Assembly (NCBI GenBank): GCA_965198115.1
Contig: OZ240241.1
Span: 2,816,001 to 2,880,000 of the forward strand
Source of the DNA: Candidatus Latescibacterota bacterium
GTDB taxonomy: Bacteria > Latescibacterota > UBA2968
Direction: 5' to 3'
DNA: 64,000 nt
Shown here: piece after piece, positions 55,191 to 63,096 of the stretch
Position numbering within the stretch: the first letter of the stretch is position 1
Layout of the letters: each line of letters begins with the position of its first letter
Made by a program: the position numbers and the translations under genes
Notes under the pieces: model-generated
What the model saw: only the letters and a program-made list of their open reading frames with translations
What the model was told of the DNA's origin: nothing
Database searches by the model: none

Positions 55191-55267
55191 TGGTAGGGGC
55201 GGAGAGATTCGAACTCTCACTTTACACGGTCTGAACGTGCTCCCTCTGCCGATTGGGGTACGCCCCT
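55191..55267 (-). tRNA. tRNA-Leu(CAG), short variable loop
   Basis: GCACG-TTCAGAC-CGTGT; 5-nt variable loop; A73; CCA. Confidence 0.87.
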
Positions 55268-55272
55268 AATGT

Positions 55273-55346
55273 TGGTGCCCGCTGGAGGACTCGAACCCCC
55301 ATTTCGTGGTCCGTAGCCACGCGGTAATCCCTTAGCCTAAACGGGC
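55273..55346 (-). tRNA. tRNA-Arg(ACG)
   Basis: CGTGG-CTACGGA-CCACG; CCA. Confidence 0.87.
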
Positions 55347-55351
55347 AGTAC

Positions 55352-55425
55352 TGGTGTCGCGGGACGGATTCGAACCGCCACTGTCTGGTCTTCAGCCAGA
55401 GGTGCTACCGTTACACCACCACGAC
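55352..55425 (-). tRNA. tRNA-Phe(GAA)
   Basis: TCTGG-CTGAAGA-CCAGA; CCA. Confidence 0.9.
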
Positions 55426-55430
55426 AACAT

Positions 55431-55506
55431 TGGGGTGATCGATGGGATTCGAACCCACGGCGACCCGGTCCACAGCCGGGCGTTCTACCGCTGAACTACG
55501 ATCACC
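55431..55506 (-). tRNA. tRNA-His(GTG)
   Basis: CCCGG-CTGTGGA-CCGGG; G-1:C73 pair; CCA. Confidence 0.93.
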
Positions 55507-55510
55507 ACGA

Positions 55511-55597
55511 TGGGGCCGGTGGCAGGACTTGCACCGGCGTGGGGCTTACGCCCGGCTGCTTACAAGGCAGCTGCTGTCGCTACTGAGCCACACCGGC
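55511..55597 (-). tRNA. tRNA-Thr(TGT) with long variable arm
   Basis: GCTGC-CTTGTAA-GCAGC; variable arm GGGC-GTAA-GCCC; T loop TGCAAGT; CCA. Confidence 0.8.
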
Positions 55598-55606
55598 AGT
55601 CTGTTT

Positions 55607-55681
55607 TGGAGCGTCCGAGGGGAATCGAACCCCTGTCTGCGCGATGGCAACGCACCGTCTTGGCCGCTGGACCACGGACGC
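55607..55681 (-). tRNA. tRNA-Gly(GCC)
   Basis: GTGCG-TTGCCAT-CGCGC; U73; CCA. Confidence 0.9.
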
Positions 55682-55689
55682 TGTCTGTC

Positions 55690-55764
55690 TGGCGCCCCCA
55701 CGGGGAGTCGAACCCCGATTTGCTGATCGACAATCAGCTGTCCTGGCCGTTAGACGATGGGAGC
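55690..55764 (-). tRNA. tRNA-Asp(GTC)
   Basis: GCTGA-TTGTCGA-TCAGC; G73; CCA. Confidence 0.92.
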
Positions 55765-55765
55765 G

Positions 55766-55841
55766 TGGTGGACCGGGTAGGCTTCGAACCTACGATCTCC
55801 CGCTTAAGAGGCGGGTGCTGTGCCGACTTAGCTACCGATCC
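55766..55841 (-). tRNA. tRNA-Lys(CTT)
   Basis: CCCGC-CTCTTAA-GCGGG; CCA. Confidence 0.9.
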
Positions 55842-55856
55842 ACGATTTCAAAGAGC

Positions 55857-55931
55857 TGGAGGGCAGGGACGGAATCGAACCGTCGTTGAGCCGGGTTGCA
55901 ACCGGCCGCTTTGCCACTTAGCTACCCGCCC
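55857..55931 (-). tRNA. tRNA-Cys(GCA)
   Basis: GCCGG-TTGCAAC-CCGGC; U73; CCA. Confidence 0.92.
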
Positions 55932-56003
55932 TGGCGCGCCGTCGAGGTGTCGAGCCCCGCACACCGGGTTTTGGAGACCCGATTGGACGCCGGTCCCCGG
56001 CGC
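55932..56003 (-). tRNA. tRNA-Trp(CCA), reduced D arm
   Basis: CGGGT-CTCCAAA-ACCCG; G73; T loop CTCGACA; CCA. Confidence 0.75.
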
Positions 56004-56008
56004 GTATC

Positions 56009-56076
56009 TGGTGACCCCGGAGAGTCGAACTCTCAAGGTTCTTAACCTGATGCGTATGCCATTCCGCCACGGGGTC
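56009..56076 (-). tRNA. Truncated or pseudo tRNA-Leu (apparent anticodon AAG)
   Basis: Perfect acceptor stem and Leu-type D arm, but only 68 nt with no variable region. Confidence 0.55.
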
Positions 56077-56080
56077 GTGT

Positions 56081-56157
56081 TGGTTGGCGCGGTCGGACTT
56101 GAACCGACTGTCTCTCGCTTATAAGACGAGTGCCTTTACCCCTTAGGCTACGCGCCG
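56081..56157 (-). tRNA. tRNA-Ile(TAT)
   Basis: CTCGT-CTTATAA-GCGAG; C1:A72 mismatch; A73; CCA. Confidence 0.82.
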
Positions 56158-56163
56158 ACAAAA

Positions 56164-56238
56164 TGGTGACGACGGAGGGAGTCGAACCCTCGTCTTCTGG
56201 TTGAAAACCAGAGATCCTGACCGTTGAACGACGCCGTC
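56164..56238 (-). tRNA. tRNA-Glu(TTC)
   Basis: TCTGG-TTTTCAA-CCAGA; CCA. Confidence 0.9.
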
Positions 56239-56313
56239 TGGTGGCCCGAGCAGGAATCGAACCTGCCTCGAGCGGTTTAGAAGACCGCTGCCTCTCCAAT
56301 AGGCTATCGGGCC
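56239..56313 (-). tRNA. tRNA-Arg(TCT)
   Basis: GCGGT-CTTCTAA-ACCGC; CCA. Confidence 0.9.
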
Positions 56314-56315
56314 GT

Positions 56316-56392
56316 TGGTGCGCCCGACAGGATTCGAACCTGCACAGTTCAGATTAAAAGTCTGATACCCGACCGGATTGGGTGACGGACGC
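56316..56392 (-). tRNA. tRNA-Lys(TTT)
   Basis: TCAGA-CTTTTAA-TCTGA; CCA. Confidence 0.9.
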
Positions 56393-56443
56393 ACGGATTC
56401 CGTGTCTTCTCGTTTTCCTGTGTTTTCGTGGTCTGCGTTTCAT
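56354..56443 (-). other. Lys/Arg-rich mini-ORF (MKRRPRKHRKTRRH..., 29 aa) running into tRNA-Lys
   Basis: AAA x3, AGA x3, AGG, CGA and CGC within codons 2-13; weak GGA RBS. Confidence 0.4.
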
Positions 56444-56457
56444 CGTGCGTTCCGTTT

Positions 56458-56531
56458 TGGCACGGGGCTGAGGAATCGAACCCCAATTCGAAGAGTCAAA
56501 GTCTTCCGTCTTCCCGTTAGACGAGCCCCGT
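56458..56531 (-). tRNA. tRNA-Gln(TTG), first gene of the array
   Basis: GAAGA-CTTTGAC-TCTTC; G73; CCA. Confidence 0.9.
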
Positions 56532-56533
56532 AC

Positions 56534-56570
56534 AAAGAAAAACCCCATCAGATCGTGGTCTGACGGGGCC
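56534..56570 (-). terminator. Attenuator terminator immediately upstream of the tRNA array
   Basis: CCCCGTCAGA-CCACGA-TCTGATGGGG followed by TTTTTCTTT. Confidence 0.85.
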
Positions 56571-56620
56571 TCGGTGATTCTGCTTCTGCGATTGGTTCTA
56601 CGTCACCGTTACCCCGCCAG
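56560..56620 (-). promoter_or_regulatory. Antiterminator helix
   Basis: CTGGCGGGG (56620-56612) pairs with CCCCGTCAG (56568-56560); inner helix CGGTGA/TCACCG. Confidence 0.75.
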
Positions 56621-56738
56621 TCGAGTCTTGTGTGCCATCCAGGGCATACATAAGCGTCCACGCGGATTCAAAGGTCGCGTCGCCGCAATGGACCTGCCCG
56701 GATTTGCGTAGTGACGATATGGGAAACGATGATCTCAT
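56598..56738 (-). CDS. Putative leader peptide (46 aa) of the tRNA-array attenuator
   Basis: MRSSFPISSLRKSGQVHCGDATFESAWTLMYALDGTQDSTGGVTVT; last codons form the 5' strand of the antiterminator; RBS is weak. Confidence 0.6.
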   Translation of the reverse strand: MRSSFPISSLRKSGQVHCGDATFESAWTLMYALDGTQDSTGGVTVT

Positions 56739-57238
56739 CGAAGGTTCTGTCTCTTGTAAAAAGGTTTTCCGCTCCTCACACAACATTAGACACACCCAAC
56801 GTCAAAGCGGTTCCGCAATTCTTCCTCGAATCCAGATATTCCAGATGGTCCCGGCCTTCTCGGCAATCTTTTCTTACAGAACCACCGGGATATGGTCGGT
56901 TGGCTGTCTGTTTGCCGCCTACTTGGATTTATCGGCAAACTTCGAGCCAATCTTATCCAGTTCATCAAATTTTTGGTAACGTGCATCCCGAAGCCCGATC
57001 CTACTTACTGTCTTGACTCGGCATCCTTGACAGTGACAGCCTGGCTCGTTGCGAGCTGGTCTACATAGTCCTTGTATCTGCCCATTCTTACTCCGTGATT
57101 GCAGACGCTTTACCTGAGACGAGGACAGGCGCACCTGTGTTTCGTCGAGTTGACAGGCAAGGATCGGTAGTTTCGATGCCGATGACATCCACTTTCTGTG
57201 CAGTCTGTACAGTCAGGTTAGGGACGATATTGGCCTGA

Positions 57239-57868
57239 ATGTGCTTTCAAGCTGTCAAATGGCTCAAGAAACACCCTCTCGCAACGGTGACGCCCACTGG
57301 ATCGCTCCCCTCGCTCACAACGGCCGTGACTGGCGAGAACGTCAGGGGCAGCTGGTGGAGTCACCCGAAAGCGCACGACATCTACGCCGCCTGCCAGGCC
57401 CTGGATCGAAGCCCTTTCGTTCTCACCACCAAGTTGGTCAACCCCAAGGTCACCTTCATTCATCGTCGGATCTGGGGAGAGCTCTTGCGTGTGACCCTCG
57501 ATCGCGAGTGGGAAAGGGCCACGACCGTCGGCCTCGATCCCGCCACGAGAAGGATGCTCAGAAAAGTCAAGACTCTGGGTTGCGTTCGCTGGAACGACCT
57601 GACCGAGAGATCGCGAACAGACAGAAAGGTACTGCTCCAACGTCGACAAGCAGTCATCGAGAGGGGACTCGTTATCACGAGCCAAATGCACACCGAATCT
57701 GGCCGCCATACCGCTTTACTACAGTCCTGGCAGAACTTCTCCGAAGAGACAGCATCGCGACCCCATACAACCCTCGCCCTCTCCGAGGCGCTCGAACGGA
57801 TGAGAACCTGGGCGAAAGGTTGTGCGTTGACGATCGATGCTTTTTCCCGTGGGGGTGAAGCAGAGTAG
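57239..57868 (+). CDS. Hypothetical protein (GSWWSHP motif), possibly winged-helix
   Basis: Protein-like 209-codon ORF; start codon uncertain. Confidence 0.6.
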   Translation: MCFQAVKWLKKHPLATVTPTGSLPSLTTAVTGENVRGSWWSHPKAHDIYAACQALDRSPFVLTTKLVNPKVTFIHRRIWGELLRVTLDREWERATTVGLDPATRRMLRKVKTLGCVRWNDLTERSRTDRKVLLQRRQAVIERGLVITSQMHTESGRHTALLQSWQNFSEETASRPHTTLALSEALERMRTWAKGCALTIDAFSRGGEAE

Positions 57869-57958
57869 TCATCGAGGCCGACACTCGTGCGGGCCAGCCC
57901 TCTGCCAATGGATCCTAGTACCTGACGCCGAACGGCCATTGAATTTTGACATCGACCT

Positions 57959-59889
57959 ATGAACAGACCGTTTGATAGCTGGAAGCCCATCACCGAAGAC
58001 GACGATGCCATCGCGTCAGCCCTCGAATCGGCCAACATCCCCACGTTGATGATGGCACTCGTCCACATCACCGGCGATGCAAGCATCATCCGAGGCGACA
58101 TCCGACCCGATTACTCGGTCCTCTACGACACGACGCTCGGCCTCACGAAAGATCAGAAGGCGGAGATCAGGGCGATCGCACTCGAAGTTCTCAAAGCGTA
58201 CCGAGACGCAGGATGCCCCTTGCCGGCGAAACTCGCGATCGAGCAGATTCGGCCGATGCTCGGATTCCTCACGGCGCGTGACCTCACGGACGACTACGTC
58301 GAGTTTCTGATGGGAGACCTTTCCCTGGGAGGCGAGGATCCTTATCAGCAGCCGGGTCTTCATCTTCTTTAAAAGAAAAACGTCAGGCATTTCAGGTTCT
58401 GATCATTGGCGCCGGTATGTCGGGCATCCTCGCAGCCCACAGGCTCAAAGAAGCGGGTATCGGGTTCGAGATCGTCGAGAAGAACAGCGATGTGGGCGGA
58501 ACCTGGTTGGAAAACACCTATCCCGGCTGTCGGGTCGATTCGCCGAATCACAGCTACTCCTACTCCTTCCTGCCGAATGACTGGCCTCAATACTACTCCC
58601 CGCGGAAAACCCTACTCGAATATTTCCAACAAGCCGCATCGGGCGCCGACATCCGTGATCACATTCGGTTCAGCACGGAAGTCGAGTCGGTCATCTTTGA
58701 CGAGCACAGCCGGACCTGGACGGTCACGGTCAAGAAGGCGGATGGGACCGAGGACAGACTCGTCGCGAACGCCGTCATCGGTGCCGTCGGCCAGCTCAAC
58801 AGACCCCGGCTCCCGGACATCGCACGACGCGAGCGTTTTGAGGGTCCCTCGTTCCACACCGCCCGATGGGAGCATCACCACGACCTGACGGGAAAACGGA
58901 TCGGCGTCATCGGAACGGGCGCGAGTGCGTTCCAGACCGTGCCCGAAATCGCGAAACAGGCCACGGACGTCTTCGTTTTCCAACGTACGCCGCCCTGGAT
59001 CTCCATTCGGCCCGAATACCACGACGATGTTCCCGCGGGCAAGCATTGGTTGCTCAACCACGTCCCTTACTACGCAAAGTGGTTCCGGTTTTATATGTTC
59101 TGGCGTTCGTCCGAGGGTCTTCTGCCGTGGGTGATGAAGGATGATGCGTGGGAGGATCAGTCGCGCTCGGTTGGGCCGGAGAACGATGAACTGCGCAGGG
59201 TCTTGACGGAGAGAATGGCCTCAATCATCGAGGACGACGAGGATCTGTTGAAGAAATCCATTCCCGACTTTCCACCCGCCGGGAAGCGAATGCTCGTCGA
59301 CAACGGCACCTATCTGAGAGCCCTCAAGCGAGAAAACGTCCACCTGATCACCGATCCGATTGCAGAGATTACCGAAACCGGCGTATCAGCCGAATCGGGC
59401 GCACACTACGATGCCGACGTGCTCATCTACGCGACAGGCTTTCACCCCAGTCGGATTCTCTGGCCGATGGAAATTCGGGGGCTCGGGGGTCTCGACCTCC
59501 AGACGCATTGGGACGGGGACCCTCACGCCTACAAGGGTGTCAGCATCCCCGGATTCCCCAATTTCTTCTGTATGTACGGGCCGAACACCAACATCGTCGT
59601 GAACGGGAGCATCATCTTCTTCTCAGAGTGCGAAATGCGTTACATCCTCGGATGCATCAAGCTCCTGATCGAGAACGAGCACTCGGCGATGGACTGTCGC
59701 CAGGATGTTCACGACGCCTACAACGAATGGATCGACCAGGGCAACGCGAACACGGCGTGGGGCGCACCTCACGTCAGGAGTTGGTACAAGAATGAAAGGG
59801 GCCGTGTCACACAGAACTGGCCCTACTCGATGATGGCGTTCTGGTCCCAGTCGAAGGCGCCCGATCCATCGGACTACATCTTTACCTGA
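57959..59889 (+). CDS. Baeyer-Villiger/flavin monooxygenase (4-hydroxyacetophenone monooxygenase-like); frameshift near 58370
   Basis: GAGMSG, GGTW..N.YPG, FHTARW, GTGASA and ATGF motifs; N-terminal extension in ORF 57959-58372. Confidence 0.88.
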
Positions 59890-61013
59890 TGGAGAAGCCC
59901 GTGGACCCCGACCTTTTGACGAGATACGAGCGAGACGGATACGTGCTGGTGGAAGGGGCTCTCGATCCCGGGCGGGACATCGAGCCTTTCAAGGATGCCT
60001 ACACGCGGTTGATCGATGCCCTCGCGTATGCTTATCTGGCCGAATCCGGTCTGTCCATCCGGGACTACGACTGCCTGACCCTGCCGGAACGATTCGCGAC
60101 GCTGTTGGGCGCGAGCGGGGCCACTGCGCTCCACCATCTAGATCCGGTACTCAACAGCTTTCTTCCGCACTACCAGAGGCGCCCCGATCTCCCTAGCGCT
60201 CAGACACCGATGCTCTTCGACTTCATCTCGCACCCGTGCGTGCTGGATGTCGTAGAGGCGCTGATCGGTCCCGAAGTGACGGCCTCGCCCATCTACCACA
60301 TCAACTTCAAGCTCGCAGACAAACACCTGGATCTCGTCAAACGCGTGGTGTCAGAAACGGGCCGGAACAGACCCAGGCTCAACGAAGGGGCGACGAACAA
60401 CCCCGACGACGATCCGGCGCTGGAACGGTTTTACGCATTCCAGGTGGGCAAGACCGACTGGCATATGGATGCGATCAGCAGGCTCTACGATTCACACGAA
60501 AGCAACATCGCAAACGCGTGGATCCCCGTGACCGAGGCAAACGAGAAGAATGGCTGTCTGACCGTCATCCCAGGCAGCCATAGGGAGGGCGTACGTGGCG
60601 CACCCTTCCCCGACGAGGAGCTAGAAAGGGCGGTCTCACTGCCTGCCAGCCCAGGCGACATCGTCGTTCTTCACAACAAAGTCCTTCACAGCTCGACGGC
60701 CAACTCGAGCGAGGAAGATTTTCGATGGGCTTTCAACTTTCGCTATCTGCCGACGGGCGAGCCGTCGGGACGTCCTTTCCTGCCTGGCTTTATCGCTCGC
60801 AGCCGGTCCGCGCCCGAAACCGAGCTCAAGAATCCGTATCTGTGGAGCGCAATGTGGCAGAAAGCACTCGATCACTTATCCGAACACGGCTCACCGTATT
60901 CCTACACGGACTTGCGAGAGGGCAAACTCGACCTCGACTTCGCAAAAGATCTCACGACTCAATGGAATAAGCAGGTACCAGCGCCCCACGATTGGCTGGC
61001 TTTGGATACCTGA
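59889..61013 (+). CDS. PhyH-family dioxygenase
   Basis: Y.RDGYV, WHMD, NGCL.VIPGSH and LHSS motifs. Confidence 0.87.
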   Translation: MEKPVDPDLLTRYERDGYVLVEGALDPGRDIEPFKDAYTRLIDALAYAYLAESGLSIRDYDCLTLPERFATLLGASGATALHHLDPVLNSFLPHYQRRPDLPSAQTPMLFDFISHPCVLDVVEALIGPEVTASPIYHINFKLADKHLDLVKRVVSETGRNRPRLNEGATNNPDDDPALERFYAFQVGKTDWHMDAISRLYDSHESNIANAWIPVTEANEKNGCLTVIPGSHREGVRGAPFPDEELERAVSLPASPGDIVVLHNKVLHSSTANSSEEDFRWAFNFRYLPTGEPSGRPFLPGFIARSRSAPETELKNPYLWSAMWQKALDHLSEHGSPYSYTDLREGKLDLDFAKDLTTQWNKQVPAPHDWLALDT

Positions 61014-61086
61014 GCAACGGCCTGGCACAGAAAAGGAGGTCACGCCCCAGAGACGTGACCTCCCTTCGCCATTCCTGATAACCGTT

Positions 61087-61716
61087 TCACCGCCACTTTG
61101 TCTTCAACGCCTGACCCTTCTTCGCGCTCTGCACGGCCAGGTCCAGGATGTGAATCGGACGCCGAGCCCATTCGGGCGTGATCACGAGCGAATGTCCTTT
61201 CACCAGATGCGCAGCCACGTTCCGGTAGAACTTCGGCCATTGGCTCGCCATATTGTCGCCCTTCGTGCTGACCCGTGTGTCTCCCTTCTGCTGGATCATC
61301 TCATACATTCGCCCATCGAGCACGTAACTTCCCTTCGTCCCCGAAATCTCCAGTTGCCCCGCTTTCGGGTTCGTCTCGATCGACGAAACGGTCAGCGTCA
61401 ACCACGTACCCCCCTTGAACCGAACCACGGTGGATGCGACATCTTCGTTCGTATCCTCCTTCCACCGCGTCTTCCGCGCCCAATAGCCCCGCCTCGCGTA
61501 GCCGGTGACCTCGACCATCTCGTCGTCGATGATCTGCAGCGCATACTCCAGCAGATGCACACCCCAGTCATATAGAATGCCTCCGGAGATCGAGTTACTG
61601 GTCCGCCACCAATCCCCCGGTTGGCCGTATCCTCCAATGTGGGCTTCCACGCGATACACATCACCGATCGCCTTTTCACGCCGAATGTGCCTCAACGCTT
61701 CCAGTACACAGCCGTC
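61087..61716 (-). pseudogene. Gfo/Idh/MocA oxidoreductase, C-terminal part; 5' end removed at the IS3 boundary
   Basis: SGGILYDWGVH, ED.A and I.GTKG motifs; Rossmann domain absent. Confidence 0.82.
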
Positions 61717-63096
61717 TGTAAAGCCCGCGGTTGTCTGGACACTCGGGTGAGTGTATTCAGGCGGCCTTTCGAGTTGCCGTGAGTGCGTTTCTAGCCTGTT
61801 CGGGCGTCTTGTAGCCGTGACGTTCGATGATCCACCTGTGGTTGTATCTGTCCCGAAACTCAAGGAGTGCGAGGCGCAGGTCTTCGATGGTACTGAAGTG
61901 TCTAACCCACAGGAGGTTTTCTTTGAGGGTACGGATGAACCGCTCGGCGCATCCGTTGCCTTCTGGCTCACGCACGAAACTCGGCGATGTTTGGACGCCG
62001 AGGAATGCGATCTCGTTCTGGAAGTCGTCAGAGACGTATTGTGACCCGTGATCGTGTCGGAGCTCCAGTCCTTCGGCGATGTTTTCTTCGAAGCCCCCGA
62101 AGTGTTCACGGATGCCCTGTCGGATCGGCTCGAGAGCCTCAAAGCGGTTGGCCGTCTTGGAGGCGTGAATGCCCACACACTCGCACGTGCAGTGGTCGAT
62201 CGCGATAAACACGGAGGCTCTGCCCTCGTCGACCGTGGGCGTCACAGTCAGGTCGGTGCCCCACATCTGATCGGGCTTCTCGGTCGTAATCGTGCCATCG
62301 TGGGCTCGTCGTTCGCGACGCCGTCCTGGACGCGCCTGGAGCCCGTTTTCACGCATCAACCGGCGGACCCGATCCTTTGACGTCCGCATACCGTGAAAGC
62401 GAAGCCTGGCCCAGATCTTGCGGTATCCTTCGCCGTGGAAGGGTGACGCGTCGATCTCCTGCTGAATGAGGGAGACCAATTCCTCATCGGTACCCGCTCC
62501 GACCGGGCCTCGCTTCCGGGGTTGCCGAAGATCGGTTACGGATGAACGACGAAGCTGGCTGTGCACCGTGGAACGGGGTATCTGCAACACTTTGCACACG
62601 CGTTTAATGCTGTAGCGTCTCCCCGTGGAGGGCGAAAGGACCTCACTCATTTCCGCGACCTCCGATGCGCCAAAGGGCGGCGGGCTTCCAGACGATCGAT
62701 TCTTTGTTGCAGCAGCTCGTTGTCCATCGTGAGCTCGCCAATCTTCGCCTGGAGGTCCTTGACCCTCTCGTCACGCTCGTCGCTCGGACGAGAGCGTAGT
62801 GCGGCCTGGGCGCCAGAGTGGAACTGATCGCGCCACTCGCTCAATTTAGCTGCCGTTACTCCCAGATCGCGAGAGACGCTGTCGAGGCTCTCGCCACGCA
62901 TCACACGTAATACGGCTTCGGCCTTCTTCTTCACGGAGAAACGACCCTGCGAAGTCGCGCTTGGATCGGCTGGGCCTCCGCTCGCTCTCGCTCGCTCCGC
63001 CCCAACCGATCCCCTGGTAGCCTTGTTCATGGTGGACCCTCCTTTTCGACCTACTGTAGGTCAACGGAGTGTCCAAGAAAACCCCGGGGCGCTGGA
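61717..63096 (-). mobile_element. IS3-family IS; orfA 62647-63030, orfB 61757-62650
   Basis: GYRKI, W.TD, HDHGSQY and NG.AERF DDE motifs; ATGA overlap; imperfect IRs ending GGACACT; no TSD. Confidence 0.9.

Noticed and set aside
56239-56313. Possible amber suppressor tRNA (CUA) explaining the in-frame TAGs
   Set aside because: The 7-nt loop CU-UCU-AA centres on UCU (Arg); CUA is off-register.
54513-56563. ORFs from the six-frame track overlapping the tRNA array (e.g. 55510-56124)
   Set aside because: They are shadows of tRNA genes; only the spacer-initiated mini-ORFs were kept as hypotheses.
56534-56800. T-box riboswitch as the array regulator
   Set aside because: No UGGNACC T-box bulge in the antiterminator and no recognisable Stem I; the leader-ORF geometry fits better.
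56800-57220. Lower-GC stretch upstream of the leader as a gene or array promoter
   Set aside because: Only short motif-less ORFs; the TTGACG near 56805 has no correctly spaced -10.
61087-62178. 363-aa ORF as one protein
   Set aside because: It is a chimera of an alternative IS3 frame and the oxidoreductase C-terminus.
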